Source: Guillardia theta CCMP2712
Lineage: Eukaryota; Protista; Cryptophyta
Direction: 5' to 3'
Assembly (NCBI RefSeq): GCF_000315625.1
Contig: NW_005434625.1
Coordinates: forward strand, 26,924 to 77,876
DNA length: 50,953 bases
Below, piece after piece: positions 11,387 to 22,900 of this stretch; position 1 is the first letter of the stretch, and each line of letters begins with the position of its first letter. The notes under the pieces were generated by a model that was not told the origin of the DNA, ran no database searches, and saw nothing but the letters and a program-made list of their open reading frames with translations. The position numbers and the translations under genes were made by a program.

Positions 11387-14316
11387 ATGACAGCCCTGAT
11401 ACAACAAGATGCACGTTATGAAGCGCAGGCAAGTGCCATGATGTCAGAGAGAGCCAGCAGCCGAACGGTCTCCGTCACGGAGATGAAGGCGTTGCTGCAG
11501 GAGCAAAGCAGGAAGCTGCAGGCGCTTGCTGACAAGCTCAGCGCTTCCTCTCCGTTGGTGGGTGAGAATGAGCAGAAGGAGAGAGAGACTTTGGCCATCA
11601 TGCGCAAGAACTCGATATTGGATGCGATGGTAAACCAGAACGAGAAGCTTGCGTTGATCGCCGACAGGATCCTCGATCAACTTGATAGTGTGGCCTTTGC
11701 AGGAAGGAAGATCCAAGAGCTCTTCGACACCATTGACACGGATGCAAGCTACGATCTGAGCAGAGACGAGTTTGAAAACTCTCTCAAGAACCTGGGATTC
11801 CATATAGAGAAACGAGACACGGACCTGGTCTTTCAGTTGCTCGATAAAGACGGGAACGGAAAGATCGATAGGAACGAGTTCACTCAATGCCTGATGCAAA
11901 GGAGGTGCCGGCGGCAGATATCGAACTGGGTCGACAGCCTGGGGCTGAACAAGCTGATAACGTTGAAGCTTATGCAAGGAATCCATGAGGACGAAACAGA
12001 CCCCTTGCAGTTCTTGATGTATAAGCCCAGTGCCATCCAGCAAAGTCTGAACTCATTGAAAGAGGACATCGAAAGAGTAATGAAATCCTCTCTGGACAAG
12101 ATGAGGAAGACGATGAAAGCAACAATCGTGGAAGATGATAAGGCCAAATCCAAGTTCGTCTCGGGGCAGCAGGAGGCGATCTTCGTTGACCTCCCTCTCT
12201 TCATGGAGGGGCTAGACAATCTCATCGGCCTGCCCCATAAGAACGTGCGAGAGGCCATGGCGAGGGAGCACGAGTCAGAGGAGCCGTTCGTGGCAGGGTA
12301 CCTCGAAGACACAACCACCCCCAAACAAGAGTGGGAGTTTGTGATGAACCCAAGGCCTGACGTGCGTTACCCTGGCGAGACCTCTCATGCTGACGTTGAG
12401 AACTACACCAAGAGGATGCGCAAGCTAGTGTCTGACCTGAAGAAAGAGCCCATGTGTCAGCTGGCGGAGCTGTCGGAAGAGGAGCTCATCGGGCTCCGGC
12501 TCTACACAGGCCCCATGTACAACTTGTACAACCCCACGATCAGGTGCGGCCCCAGCTCCTGCCCTGCAACCTGACGCTGCTTTCTTAGGGAATTTCTGCA
12601 TCAGAAAATGGACGAGAGGAAGCAGCACATGTGCGCGAAGCGAGTCGGAGGCATGAAGTACGTCACAACGATCAGGATGATCGCCTCCGGCATTGTGAAG
12701 CTTTCCAAGTTCTGCAAGCTCCCCGTCGAGCGCAAAGTCTACCGCGGGCTGAATGCCATGACTCTTCCTGACTTCTTCTTCTGGGCGGACAAGAACGGCT
12801 TCAAGGGGGCAGTGGAGCCAGCCTTCATGTCCACCTCCCTCGAGAAGCGAGTTGCCCTCAACTACCTCAACCGAGGAGGCAACTTGCCGATCCTGCTGGA
12901 GATCGATGTTGGGCAGGTGGACCGAGGAGCAGACGTGAGAGGGAGTGCGGGAGGAGGAGGAGGAGGGCTGATGTTGCCCTGCAGGTGTCGTGGCTGTCGC
13001 AGTATCCCAGCGAGCACGAGATGCTGTTCCCTCCGCTCTCCAACCTCGAGGTCGTCGGGCCGGCGTCGCTGGAGCTCTTCGGTGCCTCGGAGGTAGTGAA
13101 GCTCAACGTGCGGGTCAACATCAACCTTAAGAGCCTGACGCGCGAGCAAATCGAGTCGAGGAGGAAGACGCTGCACCTCGAGTCGCTGAACTTCATGATC
13201 CAGGAGATCGACAGAGACTTGCACTCGTACCTCAACGAGCTGCTTGAGAAGCATCGCGATCCGAAGCTGTACAAGGACGAGGGGAACGGGCTGGCAGTGG
13301 TGGAGAAGATCCTCAACGAGTGTGTGGAGCTGCGGAACGATCACGAAGCCCGCCCGGACGAGAACTACAATGAGAACCACCTGCACCGGGTGCAGGTCAA
13401 GGAGATCTCGAACATCCAGGAGATCGCGCGGAACAAGTTGAACTACTGGGTGATGAACGCGGGAGTGACCAAGGACAACATCTCCTCCATCTCGATGTTC
13501 CAGGTGTGGAACCTCGAGAGCGGCAAGCTGTGGGTGAAGTACAACGAGAGCAAGAGAGCAGCGCGGGAGAACAAGGAGACCGAGGTCCGAGTGCGTCAGT
13601 GTGCGGTCAACTTGTCAAAGTTCCTCGGGTACCTCGGGGACGACGTCGTCGACCAACCGCTCGGGCACGACAAAGAGACGTCGCTCATGCACGCAAGCTC
13701 GCAAGGAGATGCGAGGCTGACTGAACTCCTGCTGGATGCCGGCTGCCACGTCAACTTCGTCAACGAGCATGGCGACACCGCGTTGCTGCTGGCGGCTCGG
13801 AACGGGCACACGGACTGCCTGAGCCTGCTGGTCGAGCGGAACGGGAACCCATCGCATGCTAACCACCAGGAGGAGACTGCCCTGATGCACTCGAGCAAGT
13901 ACGGGCAGCTGGAGTGCGTGCAGCTCCTGCTGGGCCTCTCCAACGGGGACGAGCTGATCCGACAGAAGAACAAGAGCGGAGCTACAAGCATCCACCTTGC
14001 TGCTGACAACGGGCAAGAGCACGTTGTCCTCTTCCTCTGCAAGCGCGTCCCTCTCGATGTCTTCCTCATGCGGGCCAACAGCGGCAAGTCGTGCCTGCAC
14101 TACGCGGCTGGCAGGGGCCACCTCAGGACAGTCCAGCTGCTGGCGGAGAAGGGAGGAAGGGATCTGTGCGAGATCAAAGACAACCAAGGGAGGACGGCTG
14201 AAGAGTTCGCCACCAAGAGCGACTTCCCTGACATCTCTGACCATCTCCGCAAACTTCACCTGCTGGACTACAAACTCGATCGCGGGGGTCGGGGCGAGGA
14301 ATCAGTAGCTGACTGA
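11387..14316 (+). CDS. EF-hand + R-S-E mono-ADP-ribosyltransferase + ankyrin-repeat protein (ART1); introns 12544-12588 and 12935-12984
   Basis: EF loops DTDASYDLSRDE and DKDGNGKIDRNE. ART motifs LRLYTGPMY, VYRGL, FMSTS, QYPSEHEMLFPP. About 6 ankyrin repeats. Both introns are GT-AG and restore frame. Start uncertain. Confidence 0.85.
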
Positions 14317-14344
14317 TGACTTTTTGATTGATGAACTTGAAGTA

Positions 14345-14800
14345 AGTGAGTCCGAGGCAGGCGCACGCCTGCGTTCAAGTTGGAACTTATCACGAGGTAC
14401 TAGTTGAACTCAGCGGGCCGCCGGGCGGGGCCTGCCTAGGCTATGAGGCTGAGCCTACTAGAACCGTGAGACTGAGCCGCTCAGAGCTCATGATGGCATC
14501 CTGGGCGCGGCCCGATCTCTGACGATCATGTGACTCCCTGCCAGTGACGCCGGCTTCCGACGGCGAAGTTCACAGGTTCAAGGCTGGCGGGCCCGGGCCG
14601 GGCCCGGGCCCCGCGATCAGCGGCCGGGCGACGGTGACCGTGCCAGATCGGACACAGCGGCCACTCGGCTGCCCAGTCCGACGGTCACGGTTGTCGGACT
14701 GGGTTAGGCCTGGTTTAGCCTGAGACTCCTGAGACCCGGCTGCCCGTGGGCCCGGCAGCCGGGCGCCGGGGCCCGCCGCCCGGCCGGGCCGCCCGGTCTT
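14345..14800. other. GC-rich non-coding island rich in CCGG/GGCC palindromes
   Basis: Composition shift, e.g. GGGCCCGGGCCGGGCCCGGGCCC; no credible ORF. Confidence 0.6.
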
Positions 14801-14854
14801 ACAAGGGTAGTTTTTTTTCTCAAACTTAAGTTAAATGTATAGTACCCTCTTCTC

Positions 14855-14895
14855 TCTTTACTCAAAGATAAGTTAAACATCAGTACGAGGACAAT
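14855..14895 (+). promoter_or_regulatory. Conserved 41-bp AT-rich element at a GC-island edge (inverted copy at 34569-34608)
   Basis: TCTTTACTCAAAGATAAGTTAAACATCAGTACGAGGACAAT matches the reverse complement of 34569-34608 with 1 substitution and 1 indel. Regulatory role is inferred only. Confidence 0.45.
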
Positions 14896-16199
14896 GAGCC
14901 CGGTGGTACAACGGACGTACTTGAAGCATAGGATGGTAAGACTATGCTAGGACCTCACCACTTTGAAGATACTGTACTAACTATGGTCATATTGGTTTCC
15001 TAGGACATTGAGCCCTACCGAATGATAGATCTTCTAGCCATAGGACTCGCTATGACCAAACTATCCCAATATGCTTGCAGCCTCTGTTGCCGCTACCCTA
15101 CCCCACCCTACCCTACCTCACCCCAGTCTACCCCACCCCAGAATAATACATACCCTGCCCTGCAGTCCAATAACCATACCCTACCCCAAACAATTGAACC
15201 TAGTGAAAGACCCCTGGGAATATTCTCATTCTCTCCTTTTTATCTAAATGACTCTCAAGTGATTTGCCAGTACATTCTCCTCATCGATTTATTCTGGACC
15301 CCTTCTGAACAGAACCCCTCAAATTTAGCAGGAGGGGTCGTCAGCTACAGCATTAGAGGGGTACCGCACCTCATCGCAAGAACACTCTTCATTCCCACCC
15401 ATGACGTTTTGACACTTCACCCTACCCCCTCATTCCTCAGTCACTACCCCTCCTAAACAGCTAATACTACTCACATTTTATGCTACCCCTGTCGTCATAT
15501 TGAAACCACCCCCAATGAGACCGATGGCTCCATTACCCCCTCAAACATGATTATTTCATGGGGTAGTCTTGAAGTTTTTTCCACCCCTACCCCAATGAGA
15601 CCTGCTCCCCAATAAAGTCAGCAATGTGAGCATATGGAAATGGGCTAGAACTAACGGGGGGATGGGAATGGAAGGAGGAAGCGGGTTAGAGTTTCAATCG
15701 AAGATAAACGATAGGATCATGCAAGAAGAGAAGAACAGCTCATGAAGACAGTTCTAGAGCTCTTGGACTGCTGTCTTTCATATAGAGTAGGTCACAAAAG
15801 AGATCGATTTGACGGCCACTTAGATCGATTGCAACACCTTACCCACTAGGGTATGCGCATGAGTATCTATTGAAAAGAAGTTTGGAGCAGAGAACCCGCA
15901 TGTGCTGCTCATAAATGTCTGTAAAGCGAATCCCAGAAATAGTCGACCAGTTTGATGTTTTGCTGTTATTTTCATTTCTCGCGTACTTTAGCCATGCACT
16001 AGACAGATTTATGCAGGGATTAAGAACGTCTTCCCTCCTGTTTCTCAACCTTTGATGGCCTTTGCCTCCATTGTATGACTTGGCGTGGACCTTATCCCTT
16101 TCACAGACAACTCTTTCCCTTCAAGACCCATCAAACTATCAAGCACCCCTCCTCATCAAGAACCTTGCCTTCTCGCTGAAGTAACGTCGTATTCGCTCA

Positions 16200-18245
16200 A
16201 TGCAGAACTTTATCATGCCGCAACCCTTTGTTGCGGTACATGGGGGAGACCCTTCTCAGTATCCCCTGAACCCATCTTACAACACACATGGGGGAGATCC
16301 TTCTCAGTTTCCCCTGAACTCATCTTACAACGTGTTCAGCAATCAAGGCCCGGCTGGTTTTCAGGGTTCGCAGGATTCCTGGATGAGCAACCAGCAGGTT
16401 GCAAACTCGAACCAGATTGTGCTGGAAAATCAAATGAATATGAAGTCTGAAGACTTGAACTCAGCCAGAACAAACTTGTATCCAGAGTTATCCACCGAGA
16501 GCAAGAAAAGAAAAGTTGAGAGCAGCCACAGCGTTGAATCTCATGGTTGCTTGTATGACTCCGACTCGAAGCATGACGACGACGAGAGAAGGCTCGGAAC
16601 AGGTTTCCTCCGTCTCCCGGATGTCATCGACAAGATCGCGCAAGAGGGCACGGCGTTGCGGTGGGATCAGGGTGAGGCGGCCTACGTTGTGCTGGATGGG
16701 CGAGCGTTCGAGAATCGTTTCAACGAGCTGAGGTACACCCGCGGCAAGAAAGTCGACAACGCTCGTAATAGACCGTTCAGCCGCATGCCCACCCACTTCA
16801 CGCTCATCAGGGGCGAGAAGTGGGCTGCAACGGGCACCATGTTCCGACCCAAGAAAGAGGATGGCAAGCCTGCTCCTGTGCAGCATGACTGGATCGAGGC
16901 CTCAACAGTAAGGGTGACCCTAGGATCCAGTCATGACAAGTTCCAGATCTCACTCCAAGAGTTTCTTGACATCACCGGAGCAGGCGATCTCTATGCTGAC
17001 GCCTTGAAGAGCAGAGGGGATGCTCTGAGCTCCACGGCGACGACAAGTCCCGAGAACTCGACGTCTAACAACTCCACCCCTGCGAATGACTCGCCCGAAT
17101 GCCCTTCATCTCCCTCCAAGCTGACAGACCCCATCGATGATCCTTCCTTCGCGCTGTTGTCACGAGAGCCGTCTCGTTTCCTCATGGACAACTTCGGCCA
17201 GGACGTGATGCTTGACTCTAACGACGTGACTGCCATTCTGGGCACAATCTGGAACAGCGATGCTCGTGGAGATCAAGCGTATTTCTTCATGAGGAAGGCC
17301 GGCATTGCTCCCTTCCAGAACGGAGCGATCGTTTGCTTGAGAGACGGCCTACTCGAAGGAGATGCGTCGCGAGGGTCAGGCTGCCTCTACCTCATCGTGT
17401 CCGACAAGAACGCAAAGTGGAAGGGAGAGCCTATCCCTACTCCTGAGGAGGAGGAGAGAGGCCACTGGTGTTGCTTCCTTGGTCAGGTCCCCGTGGTCGT
17501 CGAGGGGCGCGTGGCATGCGGTGATTACATTGGCCCCATGTGCGATGGAAGTGGCAAAGGGCGGGTGGTGGCGTTGGGGGAGAGCCCGGTGATTGGCATT
17601 GCGCTGGCAAACAAGGAGGAAGCAGGACCTGCGGTAGTGAAGACGATGTGCTTTGCCGGGCTGAATGCAATCTCGTTGAATTCAAGGATGGACGAGAAGT
17701 CGTACAAGGAACTGTTCGAGCAGGGCAGGAGGATGCAGGAGTTGGTTGAGAACGTGCAGCGAGACGTGAAGGAGGTGAACCAGAGGGTCGGGGCTGTGAC
17801 GCAGAAGGTAGGAGACGTCGAGGCCCGTGTAGGAACGACAGACACCACTGTTCGCTCCCTTTCCAACAAGCTCAACGTCAACGTGCAGCTGCTCGACTCC
17901 CGCCTTCAAGATGTTGAGCGATCGGTTGCCTTCAACTTTCACCGCATGATCCCTACCCTTCCTGCTCACGACGGCGAGTGGCGCTTCCAGGTGGCCGGGG
18001 GATCATGTCAGTGTCAGTTCAGTAAGATCTGGCGTATCATCCTTGTGTTCGCCCTTGTCCTCGTGAGCGTGGCGGTAGTCCTCCGCCTAACTCGTCCTGC
18101 TCCTTGCCCAGGTAATCGCCAACTTGTCTGTCCTCAAGGTTTCGAGCTCAAGCCGGGACGTCTGTGCGTACCTCCCAACAGAGACAGGAAGCCGCCGGTG
18201 GTTGCTACCTGTGCGCTGGCGGGAGAAAAGGATCAAGGTGTTTGA
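16200..18245 (+). CDS. Intronless 681-aa putative membrane-tethered transcription factor: HSF-like DNA-binding domain, peptidase G2-like intramolecular chaperone domain, coiled coil, TM helix, Cys-rich tail
   Basis: NLS KKRK (aa102-105). HSF-like FLRLPDVIDKIAQEGTALRWDQGEAAYVVLDGRAF...PFSRMPTHF (aa135-217). G2-like GDQAYFF...LIVS...FLGQVPVVVEGRVACGDYIGPMCDGSGKG...VIGIAL (aa357-487). Heptads aa500-577. TM IWRIILVFALVLVSVAVVL (aa610-628). Confidence 0.75.
   Translation: MQNFIMPQPFVAVHGGDPSQYPLNPSYNTHGGDPSQFPLNSSYNVFSNQGPAGFQGSQDSWMSNQQVANSNQIVLENQMNMKSEDLNSARTNLYPELSTESKKRKVESSHSVESHGCLYDSDSKHDDDERRLGTGFLRLPDVIDKIAQEGTALRWDQGEAAYVVLDGRAFENRFNELRYTRGKKVDNARNRPFSRMPTHFTLIRGEKWAATGTMFRPKKEDGKPAPVQHDWIEASTVRVTLGSSHDKFQISLQEFLDITGAGDLYADALKSRGDALSSTATTSPENSTSNNSTPANDSPECPSSPSKLTDPIDDPSFALLSREPSRFLMDNFGQDVMLDSNDVTAILGTIWNSDARGDQAYFFMRKAGIAPFQNGAIVCLRDGLLEGDASRGSGCLYLIVSDKNAKWKGEPIPTPEEEERGHWCCFLGQVPVVVEGRVACGDYIGPMCDGSGKGRVVALGESPVIGIALANKEEAGPAVVKTMCFAGLNAISLNSRMDEKSYKELFEQGRRMQELVENVQRDVKEVNQRVGAVTQKVGDVEARVGTTDTTVRSLSNKLNVNVQLLDSRLQDVERSVAFNFHRMIPTLPAHDGEWRFQVAGGSCQCQFSKIWRIILVFALVLVSVAVVLRLTRPAPCPGNRQLVCPQGFELKPGRLCVPPNRDRKPPVVATCALAGEKDQGV
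16239..16334 (+). repeat. In-frame 48-bp tandem duplication (HGGDPSQ[YF]PLNxSYN x2)
   Basis: Direct repeat visible in both DNA and protein. Confidence 0.9.
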
Positions 18246-18314
18246 GGGAACATGCGTGAGTTTGTTGTACATTAATAAATCTTGTGAATCTTCTCGATTC
18301 CTGCCGACGACCCG

Positions 18315-19573
18315 CTAGGAGGGGTGGAAGAAGAAGCTGGCGAACAGCGACTGGGCAAGAAGTGAGGGAGAGGACAGGGTGGGAGGATGGCAGGCCTGCA
18401 GCGGCGCGACTAGCTCCTCCTTGTATCTCTTGGCGATCTTACAGACGCGCGTAGCAAAACAATCTTCGTCGATCTGCAGGTGACAGTGAGAGAGAGAGAA
18501 AGGATGAAGATGGAGGGGAGGGGAAGAAGGGAGGGGAGGAGAATACCGACGGACAGACAGTCATGGGAAGGAGGCGGTGGGAGGAAGGGCAAGAAGTCAG
18601 GGATAGAAAGTCTGAGGGCGACCTTGGGCGGTCGAGATTTGAAGTCTTGGACGGCTTGTAGGAGGTAATGCCTGAAGCTCGTGAGGAACGGAGGAGGCAG
18701 GAAGAGGAGGGGAGAGAGGAAGGCGAGGGGGCGGTGGCAGTAGGGTAGCGGAGGGAACGAGGAAGAAAGGCACGACACCTCTTCCTATCGGGAACCCCAA
18801 GGAGCAAGCGAGCAATCAGCTCGTCGAGTTGTGCATGCGGACAAGGAGGGGAGAGTTGGCAGCATTCTGCCATGTTCCCCTTCTGTCCCTGGCTGCCATG
18901 TAGGTGCCCAGAACAGTCTCCCTCCTCCCTCCTCTCGTCCTTGCGTCGGACACGCTGAGACGTTGATCAGCACAATAACGATGATCGATGAGACCACCTC
19001 AACATGACTTGACACACCCAGCCAACTTCCTCCTCCTCCTCCTCCTCCTCCTCCTCCTCCTGTATCTTCTTCCATAAGAGTCGCCGCAGCATCTGCATCA
19101 AAATCAGATGAGAAGGACGCATGCAGAACAGCCACCTGTCGACCTTTCTCCTGCTCTTGCGTCTATCGAGCAACGCAGGAGCTGGAGGGAGGAGGAGGAA
19201 TCTGTCCATCATCACCCTCACCTTCTCCTCCTCTTCCTCCCCCTCAGCTTCTCACCAACTCGCAGATGTCGTTCTGCCCTCACCAGCTTGCACTCAGTCG
19301 CTCTCGCCCTGCCGTCGGCTCGCTCAGCTTCCTCATGGTCAAGATCGCGCTGCGCTCACTTGCTGAAGGAGGTCAGCAGGAGGGAGCAGGAGTTGTCCTG
19401 CAAGGTGCTGCCGGTCATGCGGAGCTGCGGGAGGCATGAGAATTGAGCAAGACGAGAGAGGAAGGGACTTGTGCACGATGCGAGCATACGATCGCACTGC
19501 CGTTGAGATGACCGCTAAACCCAAGGGTGCAAGCTTCGATGATGCACCTGTCTCAAGAAGAGGAGAAGGAGGA

Positions 19574-19645
<72 letters not shown>

Positions 19646-19871
19646 GACGAGGAGGACGACGAGGACGAGGACGAGGACGAGAAAAGTGCCGCAAGCGAGG
19701 GGAAAACGAGGAGGAGGAGGAGGAAGAGGAAGCAAGTGAGAACAGTGCTTGTTACGTCACTTGATGTCTCACTTGACGTCTCCCTTGAGAAAGATGCCGT
19801 CTGCGCATTTAAGGTGCTGCTCGTCGATCCCTCCAATGAAGCACAAGGACAGCAGCAAGCCTGGACGCTCG

Positions 19872-19919
<48 letters not shown>

Positions 19920-22900
19920 ATCTCTTTCTCCTCCTCAACGACATGTTGCACAGATTGTGACCCCACACAAACGATCGAGTCTCCGTAGCCGGACAGGAGA
20001 GAGCAGAAGGAGAAGTTCCATCTTACTCCCCTGGTCAAAACCTCCTCCTTTTCCTCCTTCTCTCCGCCAAACGTCAGCAGCAGGCAAGGCCTGAAGCTGT
20101 CCAGCAGCTGTATCCAATCAGAGCCTCCATTGTCCACGTCCTCGTCCTCGTCCTCACCGACTCGATCGAGACAAAGGTGACAGACGTGAAGTAGCCCCTA
20201 GAGCCCTCGCGCACGATCCACCTGCACATGACCAGCTTTTCATCCCTTATGCTCCTTCCTCTCCGCAATTCCCCCTCTCCAATCCCCTTCGTATCCCTCC
20301 CTCCCTCCCTCCCTCGCCTCCCTGCGAGGTTGTGAAGCTCGTAAATCGCTGACATGATCCAGAAGCGGGGCACAACGATTGGGACAAGGTACTCTCTGAG
20401 GAGGGCCGGATGAGCCCTCCCAGGAGGGGGGGGAGGAAAAAACAACAGATTGGACCCCCCCGGCTCGTAGGGAGCGGAGGGGGGAGGGATGTGTGTCTTT
20501 CGATGGGATGANNNNNNNNNNNNNNNNNNNNNNNNNNNNNNNNNNNNNNNNNNNNNNNNNNNNNNNNNNNNNNNNNNNNNNNNNNNNNNNNNNNNNNNNN
20601 NNNNNNNNNNNNNNNNNNNNNNNNNNNNNNNNNNNNNNNNNNNNNNNNNNNNNNNNNNNNNNNNNNNNNNNNNNNNNNNNNNNNNNNNNNNNNNNNNNNN
20701 NNNNNNNNNNNNNNNNNNNNNNNNNNNNNNNNNNNNNNNNNNNNNNNNNNNNNNNNNNNNNNNNNNNNNNNNNNNNNNNNNNNNNNNNNNNNNNNNNNNN
20801 NNNNNNNNNNNNNNNNNNNNNNNNNNNNNNNNNNNNNNNNNNNNNNNNNNNNNNNNNNNNNNNNNNNNNGCATACGCCCCTTTTATACTTGCGACTCCTC
20901 TCGGCATCCTCTGGATGCAGTACTCAAGCTTTTCAAAGAGATCGCCGAGCATGTCGACAGGCCTTGCCATGCTCTCCACAAGCTTCCTCGCAAAGATCCC
21001 TGACCGATAGCCTCCCTCTCCTACCCCGTCACAGAGCACAGTCAAGCTGTCTTTGATCTCGAAGGCGTCATCATACGGCAGCCAACCATGATAGCGAGGG
21101 TCCATGTGCTTGCCTGGCATGCCCTTGAGGCTCACGTACGCCTCGCTGAAGATGCAGCTTCCAGGCTCTGGCCCAGGTGCCTGGCGCTTCGCCAGCCGCG
21201 GGTCCCGGGCGGGCCTTGTGTACGGCCTGGCGACTGGGAGGTCAGCTCTGGAGCTTGGGGATGCTCCGCTCTGTGCTGGAGGGACGGCAGAGGTCTGCGG
21301 TGCCTGCTCTCGTGCGAGGCTGGCTTGAAGCGACTCCAGCTTCATGCGTGTCTCTCTTTCACTGCTTAGCTCCGTCTGCAGTTTCTGTATGCTGGCCTCG
21401 AGGTCCGTGATGGTGTCGATGGCTTGCTGGCGAGCTTGCTGGGCGGCAGCATGGGCTTGCCTCTCAGCCTCGAGGCTCTTGCGCAGCTCGTCAATCTGCT
21501 CCTTGGCTTTGCTTTGGGTCGTTTCTATCGCGCCGGCCATGTCCTGCACCTCTCCAAGGCCGTCGTGTAGCGCTCGTGCTTGTTGCTGCGACTGAGCGGC
21601 TTGCTTGTCGCGGGCGGACTGGGCGCTGCGCCGACACTTGAGCAGCAGCTCCTGATACCTGACCGCCTCGATCTCGTATTGCTTTGTCCGCTTCGTTTGG
21701 TCTTCAAGCCTCTGCTCGAGTTGAAGTATCTCTAGCTTGAGCTCTTCCTTGCCGAGCTCCTCGTCCTCACCGTCGGAGATGATGATGGCATCGCTCGCTT
21801 GATCCCCGGGCAGAGCGCCTGCGAGGCTGTCCTGATGGCTACCCGTCCTGCTTCGTTTCCTGTGTGGCGGCATTCCAATCTGAGTCAGGCCGTCCGCCGC
21901 GCAGCCTCCCGGACACTCTCTGAGTGCCAATGATGCCGCCGCAGGGCTGAGCGGCCCGGCCTGACCGTCAGCAGGGACCGGGATCCTTTCAAGTTTCTTA
22001 CAACCGGTTGAATGTAACCGCGGGGACTCCTGAGCGGCGCCGCGGCGGCCCACCCGGACCGTCCGATCCTATCCGATCGGGTCACTGAGTCACCGCCGGT
22101 GACTAAGCACCCGTGACCGTCACAGAGTCCGATCACGCGGCCCGCGACTCAGCGTAGCGCACCGTGCCACGGCCCGCCGTCTCGATTTTGTTTCACATTG
22201 AACGGTTGCCCCGTCTTCCCGGGCCGCGCGGCCAGTGTATGGCAGGCGGCGGACCGATCCGCGATGATAGTACTCTGCCGCAGCCTTGGGGTGCCCCGTT
22301 GACCGGACCAGTCAGTCGCGGTCATGAACGCGCTGCCGCACTGAACAGTACTTGGCGATACCCCTCGTGACCTCGTCAAGGTTTATGTCACAGTCGCCCT
22401 CGGAAAGACTCTCCATGCGGACCTCGACCCCTCTCTGCTGCTGCCCTCGAGACACTGTCATGCGAGACACGATCAGAGTCAGATCGTCCTTCTTCCCCAT
22501 CGACCTATCCATCCTGTTCTCCGTCCTCTCCCGCAGCCTTCCTCCAAGACCCTCGACGAAGCCCCCGTGTCCGAAGTCACCAAGTACCTCCTCCGACATC
22601 GTCTCCAAGGCCGATCTCCTCGCGTGGTCGTCCGAGCCCAGGTTCTCCCAGAAGCCGTCGCTTCCTGCTACGATGATGTCGCCTGATCGCGCATACATCC
22701 GCTGCAAGATCTCGTTCTTCCTGTCTCTGTACTGCCGCATGTGCCCTTGGTCCATCCCCGCCTGGTACGGAGGTCTCTTGCCGTTGTCGTGCGGAGAGTG
22801 GAAGCGAGGGGGCGACAGGTACTCGCAGCGAGCCCTGTACCGACAGGTCAGTGACCGACGGCTTGCCGTCAAGACCACCCTCCCCCCCCCCTCTCTTCCT

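Noticed and set aside
15022-15620. ORF 15022-15456 and CCTACCCC tracts (also 33450-34010) as a gene or telomeric repeat
   Set aside because: Low-complexity translation and no regular tandem period.
19436-19960. Plus-strand poly-DE / poly-L ORF
   Set aside because: Antisense reading of microsatellites within the minus-strand spliced gene.
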